Shown here: one piece after another, positions 28,811 to 41,190 of the stretch
Layout of the letters: each line of letters starts with the position of its first letter
How positions within the stretch are numbered: the stretch's first letter is position 1
Source: the human T2T-CHM13v2.0 reference genome, Homo sapiens
Assembly (NCBI RefSeq): GCF_009914755.1
Contig: NC_060937.1
Strand: one strand, 5' to 3'
Length of the DNA stretch: 64,000 bases
Translations under genes and position numbers: made by a program
Notes under the pieces: model-generated
Databases searched by the model: none
Told to the model about the DNA's origin: nothing
What the model saw: only the letters and a program-made list of their open reading frames with translations

Positions 28811-29502
28811 TTCAGGATAAATATTGAGTACTGGCCTTCCAACTGTTAAAAACCTTTAAGTCTCATTTAAGTCTGTAGTATGTTACCACAGAGACACTAG
28901 CACGCAAAAAATGGAAATTTCACACATAGTTCCAAGAAAAAAAGGTAAAATTTGATGAACAATCTAGTTTATTATAAAATTAAATAGAAGATAAAGTGCA
29001 AAGATTAAAAATTTTTTTTTTCTTCCAAGGTGGTAGTACACATGACAAATTTCAAAATTTCATAACAATTATATAAAGCTTTTATGTAAACAGATGATTA
29101 ACACAGTTGCATACTTAGCTGCTTGAGGGAATATCAAAGAAAAGTAGAAAAATAGGGTAGTACAAGACGAATTCGATCTGAATAACTTTATTGCCTTATT
29201 AGATGCCTATGTACGATACACAGTTTTATGGAGTACCCTCTTAATTGAAGCTAAAGGACATAATTAAAAATCATTTAAAAATATATACTTGCTGCCAGAA
29301 TTGTATTCATAGCCACTTGTCAGGCTGTGTTGGTATCCGTAGACTACCCTGTGTTGACTCAGAGCTCTATGTCTATGACATTTACATATTGATGACACTT
29401 CAGATGGGCAAGCTGCTATGCTCATCTCACGTATGCTGATAGAGCCTTTTGATTTTGGCACAAACATGGATCCTTAAAGATTGTTAGAATAAATAAAAGC
29501 CT

Positions 29503-30075
29503 TGTGGCAATTGTATTTTCTAAAGATTAGCTACAGTATCTCCCACCTCACTAGCTCTTCTAAGGATTTAATTTTGACATTCCTTCCAAGTGTCCTCTCC
29601 CTTGAACCACACGAAGTATCATAACTGCCTCAAACACAAGAGTATGCTAGAAGTATCACTATGTATCTTCTGAGGCTAGGTGTTCAAAACAGCACATACT
29701 TTTCTTACTCTCTTCAGACACTTGCTTTTAGAATCCACCTGAAGCCACCTTGTGAGGAAGTCCAAACTAACCTACATGAAGAAATCACATGGAGAGGCCA
29801 CATTTCAGCTGATGGACTGTAGAGGTTCCACTGACTGCCATCATCAGTTGCCGGATAGAAGAAATAAGATGTTTCCAGATGATTCCAGCTCATATAAGTT
29901 AAGTCCTATATCACTTAATATCTTCCTGCTGAGGCCTAAGACATGAATGAGTTGAGCAAGTCATTATTGCTTCATTCTTGAAATCCTAGGCCTCAGGATT
30001 TCTGAGTACAATAAAATAACTCTTTTATACCTCAAAATTAGTATGGATTATTATACAACAATAGTACCTAGAACA
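29503..30075 (+). mobile_element. MLT1H-type LTR
   Basis: tgtggcaattgtattttctaaagat...cttctgaggctaggt...aataaaataac...aatagtacctagaaca. Confidence 0.75.
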
Positions 30076-33000
30076 GACACCAACTACTTGTCCCCTTATT
30101 TGTACCAGCTAAGTCTCTTCAGGCAGCAAATTCCTAATCATGTTTTCTAAATTTTTTTAAAAAACGTTTTCATGATATCAAGCCCACCTTTATTCAAGGG
30201 AAGTTCTTTAAACACATACGTCATTTTTCACTCAAAAATAAATGTCTGTTGAATTATCAACAACAAAAAGCACCTAAGTAACATAGAAATTGTCAATAGA
30301 TGCATAAGTATGATTTGTTCCTGTCAAAAGCTGAAGAGAATTTATCACTTAGAAATATAGAATAGAGCAACTGATTTTAACACAGTCAATAGTCAATTCC
30401 TTTCTGCCACATAAAATATTAAGAAAAATTTTCCTTTGCAATAGTCAAACAATGATTCAGAAGATGTCAGTAATCTATCTCCTGGGAATTTGAAATTGAA
30501 AACCAGGTTGTCTACTTGACTTTCTTGTGTGTTGCAAATCAGAGGTAATGTGATACTGGAAAATATGTGGCAAAGTGGAGAGACAGTGAAGAGAAAGGGA
30601 GAAAAATGTAGAAGTTGCACAGAGATAAGTTGAAGATAAAATGGGAGACTGAAGCTTAATGTCATGACCTCAAAGATTTAGACAGAAATAAAGAAACTAT
30701 GGTGGCATTTTTATGCTAGTGAATTTTCTGTTTTCTGTTCTAGTTTCCTTGGAGATGCAATAGCATATTTTGATATCCCTATATCCCTGTGAAACCCTGG
30801 TTGCCACCTGAGGTTACTTAAAGACAATATATCAGTTAGAATGCCTTTAATGAAGGTTATAATTTAAACAAATAGGAAATGTATAAGCTTATATCAAAAT
30901 AAACCTAGTGATAAAGTCGTCCAGCATATTAGCAGTGTTGTAAATAAACCAGAATCTCCGTCTTCTGAAATGCCAATCAGAGTTTAAAATTTATCCTAAT
31001 GCAGGTTTCTCCTGTGGTTGTAGGTGGCTACCAAGTGCATTCCAAGTCTGCATAACTCTTCATTTGGTACAACAGCACTGTCTCTTTCCCTTCTTCTTTT
31101 CCAACACGCTTTCCTTTCATTTGACTCTTCAGAGTTCAATTCTTCATTTCCCCATTATTTATGAATTTAAGCATTTGCTTGCTAAGGAGACCAGTGTAAG
31201 AAAGGGCCCTTTTTCTCCCCTTTGGCTCATTCTTTGCAACAAAGAATCACTGGCAGTGACTAGGTTTTATCATTCCTTTCTCGAACAAGTTTTTACACAT
31301 GGAGGGGAGCAATATTCAGACTTCTTGATATGAGTAATTTGAATTATATATTAATTTTAGAAGGCAAAGATACAATTTCCATTTTAAATACCATTTTTAT
31401 TTCACAGTTTCACTTTATTTTGTCTTTTAACTAAGATGTTTTAGTTCAACATCTATAGTTTATCAGGAGAAAACAAACACATAATAAAAGTATTTATAAG
31501 GAATATTCTATAGAAATCATTTTTAATAAAAAGTCCTATATCTAAAGCACACTTTATTTTTAACTGAATAGGTGATTCATTTATGTTAAATGTAAATAAT
31601 TGATTTATTCAGAACATACATACAAAACAAGGAGACAATGGGAAGTCACTCCAAATAACATTACTAAAAATTAAACACTATAAACACGCGTTTCCCAGAT
31701 TTTGCTTAAATTTCTATTTAAAATTACCCACACACAAGTTATAACATAGTCAATATATAGTTTTGAGTTATGATGCATTCTTTTAGCATTATAGAAAGAA
31801 AATATCCTCATGCCATTTAATATTTTTGAAAATAATATTAGAACATCTGTAAATTATTGGAAGAATCAATGTAATAATAATTTCTATGTTTTTACTATGT
31901 CTTAGAATTTTAAAATTAAAGTACTACTTTGATGTTGTGGTTAACTTCTTAGCATAAGTTAAAACACAATTTTTACTAATGTTACCTCTTGTGAAATAGT
32001 ATATGATAGTGAAATAGTGAAATAGTATATGATTTTTAAAGTTTTCTCACACAAATGAACATAGCTATTTTAAAAATATAGTTTAAAAGTTTTTCTGAGT
32101 CATTGCTAATATGTCTGAAAAATATTTCATACTAATTTTTATATATTTATCATTTTATTTCATCAGTTTATAGAATGTTTTAATAAATATTCTGTGACAT
32201 CAATACTAAGCTGAAAATTGCATATTGCCTTCTAGGCTACAAAATGCAAGTAATTTTTAGCACTTATAATATTTCTTCATTTTTCAACTGTAGTATGAGT
32301 GCGTCATTTTACAATATAAGCACAAAGTTTTGTTTTGTTTACAAGCAGGGATTGTTTATGTAAAACCGGTAATCATAAGATCTACTCTTCACAATTAAAA
32401 ATAATAGCCATGATAATCAAGCAGCATGTTTTAAAATGAAAGGTTAATCCAATGGAAATCTACTTCGATGTAATAAATTAAATCCTGACAATTACAGAGG
32501 TATCCTTTAATGTACATAATTCAAAGAGAGAAATCAATCTGAATTTTCTGTACATCATAATTTACCATTTTACTTAAAGTCTAAAGTGACTAAAAGTCAC
32601 TTTAAAAATAACTTCTTATGTAAATAATATTTTTAGAATAAAATGTTAAATGCAATTAATAGTAGTTAATGCACTGATTTCCTCTGACATATTTGATATA
32701 CATTTCTCAAAAGAAGATATTTACATCAATTTGAATGTCACAATGTGATTTTTAAAAGAACATTTGTCTCATGTGCACTTATTTCTTTAATAGCGATTTT
32801 AGCTCACCCTTACCAGAAAGCTAGCTCCAAGTCACTTAATATCTCTTTTCTTCTCCCAAAATAATAAAATATATTCTTTTCTTGAGTATTTTCCCACAGA
32901 AAAAAATAAAAAAATAAACAAACTCATAATCCTGAAATATCAAGTAACTGATTTACTGATCTTAGTTGAGTCAGCACAAAATTCTTCATAATAAAACATC

Positions 33001-33726
33001 AGAGGAGTTTATAAGGTATGCTTCTACTTTCATAGGTTTCATATATGTGGGGTAAAATTCCTCGCTAGAGGAACGTGGAACCAAATATTGTACCCATAAA
33101 GAGAATTTTTTATTCCTGCCTATCTAAAAGTATTGATTAGAAACTTGAGTTACAGCACAAGCTGGGTCTTTTGAAGTTCTTGTTTTAGGATATATTCTGG
33201 AAAAAAAAGTAGATCCATGTGTGTTACTAAAAATATTGTATTTGGTTCTTCTTAACATGTACTTCCCCTCTCTTCTCATTTGTCAGGGGCCGGCCTCAAC
33301 TAAGACTGTCTTAATCACATTTCAGCCATGCTATAGAAACTTTAACTGAAACCTTACCTTTTCTTGAAACTCTTATTATAAGTGTCTTTAGGCAAATTCT
33401 AAAATTTTCTCACATGTAAAATATCTGCTTAGTTATAGAAATATAGTCTATAATTCGTTAATCATTACTAATTTAGAAAGTTCCCATCTGAAGTAAATAA
33501 ATCTATGAATAAAGCAAAATGAGTCTTATTGATTTCTATGGCAAGGGAGAATATTTCACAGATGATTCCAAAACAAAATATTGTTGGGAAAAGTAAATGC
33601 AAGGATTTAATTGTGTATGGATTAGACCTGGATATTCTTACGGTGGAATATCACAGCCAAGTTGAGTCTTCTTTCTGTTTGTTGATTATTTAAAAGAGGA
33701 GAGATTCTGGATGAAGAAGAAAGTAT

Positions 33727-34352
33727 TGAGAGAGGACGCAGTTAGGGGCTGGTTAGGCAGATAGAGAGAGAGGGTCTCGGGAGAAGGACAGAGAAGGGCA
33801 GTGTTCACAGGAACAACCACAAGATAGCACCTACACCCCCTCTGCAGCTAACAGGAAGAAATGTGGCTAAGAACTTCTTGTGCCAGGATGTTGCTCAGAA
33901 GGAACTGTCACAACTTAGGTACAGGCTCAGTAAATCAACCTAAATGTCCTTAAGGTGACCCAGCTGGTTATAATGTCATTAACATGATATTAGCATTGTG
34001 GTTTTATCCCCCGACCCATAGGTTTCACTTAGGCACTCATAGGTAATAACCAAGGTGGAGTCACTCTGGCCAAGCCCAGGCATGTGCAGATGCAACACCC
34101 CTAGGAGGAAAGTTTACTCCTCCCATTTGGGCAAAACCCACAGAAGGCTTCCTGGCTTCTGCCACATAAAAGACCCAGAACTCCACCCCATTTCTGGAAA
34201 CTTGCTGTCAGGCCCTCTCTCTTTGCTGAGAGCTTTCCTTTTGCTAATAAATCCTACTCTACTCACTCTCCAGTATCCACGTACCTCATTCTTCTTGGTC
34301 ATAGGACAAGAACTTGGTCCTAGCTGAACTAAGGGCTAAGCTGATTGCAACA
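33727..34352 (+). mobile_element. Intact-ended ERV1-class solo LTR (family not assigned)
   Basis: TG...CA termini, 4-bp TSD gtat (33723-33726 / 34353-34356), cataaaa TATA-like box and aataaa; R region resembles the LTRs at 54407 and 60882 (gctgagagcttt...aataaa...cctcattcttcttg...gacaagaac). Confidence 0.85.
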
Positions 34353-35617
34353 GTATTATGTGAGTCACAAGGCATTCTTCAGTCATTTTTGTATAATGAT
34401 GAGTATAATTGTTCTGGTCCTTGGGAGCTATCTTAGGAGATAGCTGAAAAAAAAAATTTTTGATTTTTGTAATAACTTACCTTAAATCACTCAATCTCTT
34501 TTTTAGTTAAATTAATAATTCTTTTAAATTATCTCTGAAGCTACTAGCTGTTTATAGTAAATCCAGTTTCTCCCAGTCTTTTGCTACACAGAAACTGGAA
34601 AAGTATAAGGGAAAGGAGCCATAATCCTTTTTTTAATGTAAAAAAAGAAAAAAATAGCAGAAAACAGAGACCTTAGAGACTGTGGGAAGTGTAGGAGTTC
34701 TTGTAGACAAGAATGAGGATGCAAACACACCAGCAATAAGGCTGGGGGAAACTGAATTGCCCAAGAGGAAGGAAGGGAGGGAGTAGGGAAAGTCCGAGAC
34801 CACTAACAATGAATAGCTCATATCGCTGTCACACACTCCTCTGGCAGCTTATTTTTGGTCTTTTCACAAAGAGGTTTCCAAACCCTTTATAATAACAACC
34901 CTTACCTCCATTGCACTCTTGATTACTTGGGTATAAACAATATTTCCTTCATGCCTTCTGATGTCCTCAGGCTCTGCCTGGTTGTATCGAACACTTTGTC
35001 TAAATCACAGAGCTGAAGAATAAACGGCAAGATGGATAGAGGGTGGAAAATCTTATACAGAAGAAATGTTGTGTGCTGCTCTCATGAATGGAGTGATAGT
35101 TACATCTTTTGCTGAATCTTACCAGTAGCTTTATTGGCATACATTGTTTTTACTCCCCACATAATTGAACAGCCAAGTTCTAACTGACTGACCTTCACTT
35201 GAGCATGAACTATATTACAACTTCTACTTTTATCAACAAGTTATAGGTAACTAAATTTAGAGAAAAGTAATTTTTAACCACAGAAATAATCAGTGGTTAT
35301 TTGATAATTTGCCTCCCATGAAATCAGTTGTTAGTGTAAAATTTAATTTTTTTTTGTATAAACATACAAAATATTGAAATTTCATTACATTCTCTTAAAA
35401 AAGTTGAGACATATAACTTTTTATGTTTATTTTATGCCTATTCAGTGTCTAATACATGCCAGTGTGAGAGAAATATTGGTCTCTGTCCTTGTGGAGCTCA
35501 TATTCTAACAGGTGCTCACAAATGGGTAGTTTACACTGCTATATTAAAAATAGAACTCAATTTTTAAAAAAAGGATAATTAAATAATTCAATCTAGCCCA
35601 TCAATATTGCAGTTATG

Positions 35618-35770
35618 GGCTGGGTGTGGCCTCCTGCCTATAATCCCACCTCTTTAAGAGGCTGAAGTGGGAGGATTGCTTCAGCCCAGGGAGTCAAAGT
35701 TGCAGTGAGCTGTGATCATGCTACTGTACTCCAGCCTGGGCAACAGAGAGAAAACCTGTATTAAAAAAAG
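35618..35770 (+). mobile_element. Free Alu monomer (FAM/FRAM-type)
   Basis: Single monomer with a short A tail and 12-bp TSD attgcagttatg (35606-35617 / 35772-35783). Confidence 0.8.
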
Positions 35771-35989
35771 AATTGCAGTTATGCAGCTTGGGTATATAGG
35801 GATAATTTAAATAATATTGTAGGGTACACACAGTTTAAGTGCCCAGGTTGCTTAAGTCAGAGTTCAGACCTACTGATGTTACACTGTCAATCAGTGTATG
35901 ATTATGCATCCTATTTGTGTATAATGGAGGTGTTTCATGTATGGTAACTAAGAAAAAATTTAACAATTTCGAAGAGAGGGAAAATTGAG

Positions 35990-36452
35990 CATAACCTGCT
36001 GACCCCAACCTGCAAGGTTTTATTTGGAGAAAAGGGTATTTTCAGGTATGATTAAGCTAATATTTTAAGATTATTAATATTTAAAGATAATTCACCTTTA
36101 AGATAGGTGAATTATCTGGGTTAGCAGAGTGGATCCAAATGCAATCATATGTGTCTTTATAAAGACACAGATGGAGACTTTTCTCACACAGAGAAAGGGG
36201 TGATATGAAAACAGAGGTTAGAGTGATGAGGCCACAAGCCAAGGAACGAAGGCAGCCACTAACAGCTCAAAAAGGCAAGGTGTAGATTCTCTCTCAGAGC
36301 TTCCAGAAGCAGCACAGTCCTCACAACACCTTGATTCAGCCAAGTGATACTAATTTCAGGTATCTGGCCTTTAGAACTGTGAAAGAATAAGTTTATGTTA
36401 TTTTAACCACAAAATTTGTGATAGTTGTGACAGTAGCCACAAGAAACTAGTA
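35990..36452 (+). mobile_element. MLT1 (B/C-type) LTR
   Basis: ttatttggagaaaaggg...gccacaagccaaggaa...ctggcctttagaactgtgaaagaataagttt...agccacaagaaactagtat. Confidence 0.8.
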
Positions 36453-37340
36453 TGGGGTTAAAGCAAAATAGTAGCTTGAATTGTGTTTTGTGAAAAATAG
36501 TTGTTCAATAGCTGATTGATTTTCTGAGAAAATAAATGGAGAACTGGTTTTAAAAACTTTTGAAAAATTCTACATGTACATGTATACCTACATGATAAAT
36601 CACAATATTATTAAAATACTGAAGTCTCTGAAAATTCCTGCAATTAAGAAACCTAGTTTAGTACGTTAACTCTATTACTAAAATTGTTCAATCACTGACA
36701 TCTTACTGTTTTTGTAGAAGCTCTAATAGTTTGGCCCAGAGTTCCATAAAACATAGTTTTGGGAAGAGAGTCACAGTGAGGCAGAGCCGATTGCCTCCAG
36801 AGGAGCACATTGCAAGCTGAGCTGACTGTTCAGGTTGCCCTCCCCATCAGGAAGTCTTGTACCAGTCTGTGGCAAAAACATATTTGAAGTTATACAGTAA
36901 TTTTCGTGCATGACAGTAACATTTATTTTTAAAATGTGTGCATATAAGACTGTATGTATTTATGAAGTCATTCAAAATAGCCATAGCTTTCTATGTGATG
37001 AACTCTAGTTTCCATAGCAGTAAAAAAAAAAAAAAAAAAAAATAAGAAAACACATCGGGGAAATCGCAAGTACTTAAGTACTGATGAAATTTAATGAGCT
37101 ACAAAAAAAAAATGAGCTGAAAGTATCCAGACTCTAAAGAATGGACATTGTTCTTAGGAATGACACCTCAGTCAGCATCTCAGTGCACTTCGTGACTTCC
37201 TGAACTGAGATTACAGCAGTAGAGATGCAAAGGAGGAAGGACAAATGAGATTTAATCCCTGGATATGTGTGAGAAGTAGGGAAGAAAGAGTGCCATAGAT
37301 GAGTAACATATCTCTGGATGTGATAATAAGTCGGGAAAGC

Positions 37341-37440
37341 TGAACCCGGGAGGCGGAGCTTGCAGTGAGCCGAGATAGTGCCACTGCAGTCCGGCCTGGG
37401 CGAAAGAGCGAGACTCGGCCTCAAAAAAAAAAAAAGAAAG
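37341..37440 (+). mobile_element. 5'-truncated young AluY (Yk4-like)
   Basis: gagatagtgccactgcagtccggcctgggcgaaagagcgagac carries the linked variants GATAG, GCAGTCCGG and GCGAAAG. Confidence 0.8.
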
Positions 37441-37579
37441 TTCAAATGGAGATTCATAAATTAGATAAAGGAGGACTTGGTAGGCACAAGTGAGCTGAGT
37501 TTCAGACAAGTAGACTTTATGGTACTTGTGTGTTTAGGAGCTACATATCTGATCTGAACTCAATACAGAATTTGGGAGC

Positions 37580-38043
37580 TATGGTAAACTGAATAATGGC
37601 ATCCCAAAAATGTCCATGTACTAATCCCTAGACCCTGTCAATATGTTTCCTTACATTGCAAAAAGATATTGTATAAGTGATTAAGTTGAAGATATTGAGT
37701 TGTGAGATCATGTTGGATTATCTGGGTGTGCCCAATGTAATCATGGGGATCCTTAAAAGGACACAAATATCAGAGATTAGAAGGAAGGCAATGTGATGAC
37801 AATGGCAGAGACTGGAATGGTAGGAACACAAGCCAAAAAATGATGATGCTATGAGTCGTTCAAAGATAGGAACAGATTCTCCCTGGAGCTTTCAGAAGGG
37901 ACTAGCTTATGGACACCTTGATTTTATTCCCACAAGACTAATTTTGGACTTCTGGCTTCCAGATCTGTAAAATAATATATTTGTGTTGTTTTAAGCAACT
38001 GTTTTATGGTAATGTGTTTCAGCAATAATACAAATCTAGTATA
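37580..38043 (+). mobile_element. MLT1 (C/D-type) LTR
   Basis: tatggtaaactgaataatggcatcccaaaaatgtccatgtactaatcc...ggacttctggcttccagatctgtaaaataata. Confidence 0.8.
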
Positions 38044-38590
38044 GGGAAAAAAATGAGATTGGTCATTACATTTGATTATATGGACAAGATAAACACATAG
38101 CATTATAAGAGAACTACAGATGTTTAGTCAATGATGAAACTTCTTAATTAATTAATTTTTGAGGGGTTCTTAAAGTATTTATTTAACATTGATTAATTAA
38201 ATTTATAATAACTATACAGTGTGTGTATTGACTATAATATTTAATCTAACACAACTCTTTAGAAACAATGATGACAACTTTTTTATATTTTAATTGTGTC
38301 TGCATCTATCAGAGCTCTGAATCCAACTTAAGTCTCCTTTTCTTGACTCATTATTACACAATTTATTGTTTTGTTCTAAAGAGTTGCAGATAACACTTTG
38401 TTTGGACCATAAGATACTAATATATAAAAGGAGGAACATTTATACATAGCTGTTCAAATTGCATGTCTAGATTTGATATCCTGAGAAAAATGTACAACTT
38501 TAATTAAAAATGTGTGAAATTTCACATTCAAAGAAATCATTAAGAGACGTGATAGCTAAGTGCAATACTCCATCATAGGCTGGATACTTT

Positions 38591-38690
38591 CAGAGTGACT
38601 AACTGTTATGTTTTATCTTGGACTGATAGGTTTCCAGGGACACGGGACTTTCAGTGCTAAAACATGGACAGTCAATCAGACTGCTCATAC
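38591..38690 (-). mobile_element. MER81 MITE
   Basis: ggactgataggtttccagggacacgggactttcagtgctaaaacatggacagtc. Confidence 0.7.
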
Positions 38691-38959
38691 TGGTTCTGGA
38701 ACACACACACACACACACACGCACACACAAACTCACACGAGAAAGAGGAAGGGAGAGAGAGAATGAATAAATTATAAAGCAAACAGGGCAAGTTATGACA
38801 AGTGAATTGGTAAAGTGTATAAGGCTCTTCCTTGAACTATTTTATTTGTGCAGCTTTTTGGGAGTTTGAAATTAATTTCAAATTAAAAAAAAATGTTAGG
38901 AGGTAAACAAAACAAAAACTCTATTTAGATAACAAATTTTTGAACTAAGTACAAAGTTC

Positions 38960-39487
38960 TATTTGGTCTGGCACCTAGAGTTTCTACCCAGACTTGCTCA
39001 TGTCCTTTCTTTTTGCCATCACTCCACACTTCGTCTCAGTCCTTTCCACATAACACATTCTTCAGCCTTCATTCCGTTCCAGAGACAGTCTATGCACTCT
39101 CATCCTAGTGAGAATTGCAAATATTGACCAGGCTGATTGAAATACCCTTTCTAATCCCTTTACTCTGTCTCCCATTATCTAGTTAATTTTGATTCAATAT
39201 TTAGATCACAGTTAACTTTTTTGCTTCCTTTAGAGCCTGTGAGAGACAATACTCCCAGATTAAATAGAATCTTCTTGTTACCATCTCTTTATGTGTCATA
39301 TAACACTTATAACATTGTTAGCATTTATTTTTTGTGATTACTTGATGGATGTCTGCCTCCTCCACTAGACCCTATGATTTTAAGTGTCAGAAATATGCCA
39401 ATATCCATTCACCATTTTATCCTCTCTGTCCAGAACAGCACCAGACACATGGAAAGGACTCCACAAATACTTGTTAAATGAATGAAT
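38960..39487 (+). mobile_element. L2 3' region
   Basis: tgtctgcctcctccactagac...ccagaacagcaccagacacatgg...caaatacttgttaaatgaatgaat. Confidence 0.65.
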
Positions 39488-39989
39488 TCTGATTCACCTG
39501 GCTCGAAATTTCTTAAGGAATAATCATATCATGCTTTTGCTCAGGTAAGACAGACTGAGGATTGTATATATCGATGATTAGTTTGCTTTTCCTCCAATTC
39601 AAAAATACAAATGTGAGAATGTAAATATGTTCATATAACAGTTCATTATCATCTGATGTTCCTAATATTTTAGATAAATAATTTTTATTGTGAATAGATA
39701 CCACATGCAAAGCACAAGAGTGTTGAGATGTAATAAATAAACTGGTGAACAAAAGTGCTTTGAACTATGTATTTGGTTTTAATTTTTACAAAATGATTTA
39801 AATAATGTAGTCATATCTGTCAGTAGCTCTCTTGTCCTCTTTATGTGTATATGAAACATTTTAGCCACAGATGAAAACTCAAGCAGAGCAATGATCACTT
39901 TTTTCAACTATTTCTCTCTTGACATGCACTTTGCCTACCAACACTGTCCTACTGTATTGTATATTGTACAATACTGTAATGTATTGTAA

Positions 39990-40410
39990 CCCACATACTT
40001 TCTGCTTTTTATTTGCTTGCTTTCCTCTGTACCTTTGACGATGTTTTTCCTTCTGTTTGGAATGGCTTTATTTTTACTCTGTCTTTCTAATATCTATTAA
40101 TTCTTTAATACTTATTTCAATAATTATTTGTATCTTAATTCCTTTCCTTATCTCCTCTCTGAACATCCCTCCAAGCATGCATACCCACCAGTCCGGGTTA
40201 GGTGCCTAGTTCTGTGTTCTCATAATCTTTGTATGAGTCTTTTTAATTGAAATTGTTGTGGTATATGCACATTTTCTGTGAGTGACTTTCTCACCTACTG
40301 AACTCAAAGAGCCTTGAGGGTGAATACTGCTTTATTCACAATTGTAAATCCAGCTCAGGTCCAGTCCCTGCTGTTCAGTGGGCACTCACTATAAATTTGA
40401 TAAACTTAAC
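39990..40410 (+). mobile_element. Degraded L2 3' region
   Basis: gggttaggtgcc...ccttgagggtgaatactgctttattcac...cagtccctg...agtgggcactcactataaatttg. Confidence 0.45.
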
Positions 40411-40749
40411 TAATCAGATCACACAGAGGCATGAGCCTGAAAATCAACAAACACATGTCTCTTAGTGGCCTCAATAAAAATAAATGTGGCATAGATTGTG
40501 AGCCAAAAGTCAAGCACTGTCTTCATAGAAGAGTCCCTCAGGTCTTACAAACTCTTATTTTAGACACTATTAAAAAAAGTGCTTGCTTATCTGATTTCCC
40601 AGCACACAGAAAATTAAAAGCGGCAATTTGGAGGCAGTAAGAGGGTGATGTTAGAGGCAGGCATTGTAACAAAAAAAAACTTTTAGCTGCTGACTCGAGG
40701 TTATGCAAAGGTGATACCAAATGTACCAATGAAGCACTTTTTTTTTCAA

Positions 40750-41190
40750 AACTAAATCATGAAAATCAACCTCTAATGTGTTCTTTGACTAGGAATAAAT
40801 TAAACTGCAAATAAATTATTTTAAAAAGACAACTATAAAATCTCAATGTTTGAACATTACCCATGTACTTCTAAATAACCTGTCTTTTAAGAGGAAATAC
40901 ACAAAGCTGTACAAAACATTTTGAAATAAATAATAATGAAAATATGACACATGAGAGATATTACTATGGATGTAGGTATATCAGAGCATAAAGAGAAATG
41001 TGTAGCCTTAAGTGCATATTTTGAAAATAGAAGAAAGCTAGAAAAAAAGAAATAAAAGTAAAATAAACTAGGAGGGAATAATAATGAAAAGATCAGAGAT
41101 CAATAAAATGGTAAGGTACTTAATAACCGAGAACATGAAGAGAGCTGAATTTGTTTTCTTGAAGCAATCACTAAAATCAACTTATCTTTA
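40750..41190 (+). mobile_element. Ancient L1M ORF2 fragment
   Basis: aattaaactgcaaat...tacttctaaataacc...aataatgaaaatatgacac...agagaaatgtgtagccttaagtgcatatt. Confidence 0.55.

Noticed and set aside
32582-32604. 10-bp perfect inverted repeat taaagtgact/agtcacttta; 8-bp ones near 21409 and 21518
   Set aside because: Plausible by chance or local template switching in 64 kb of AT-rich DNA, with no supporting context
36792-36810. CTCF-like motif tgcctccagaggagcac
   Set aside because: Mismatches the GGC part of the core; no other support
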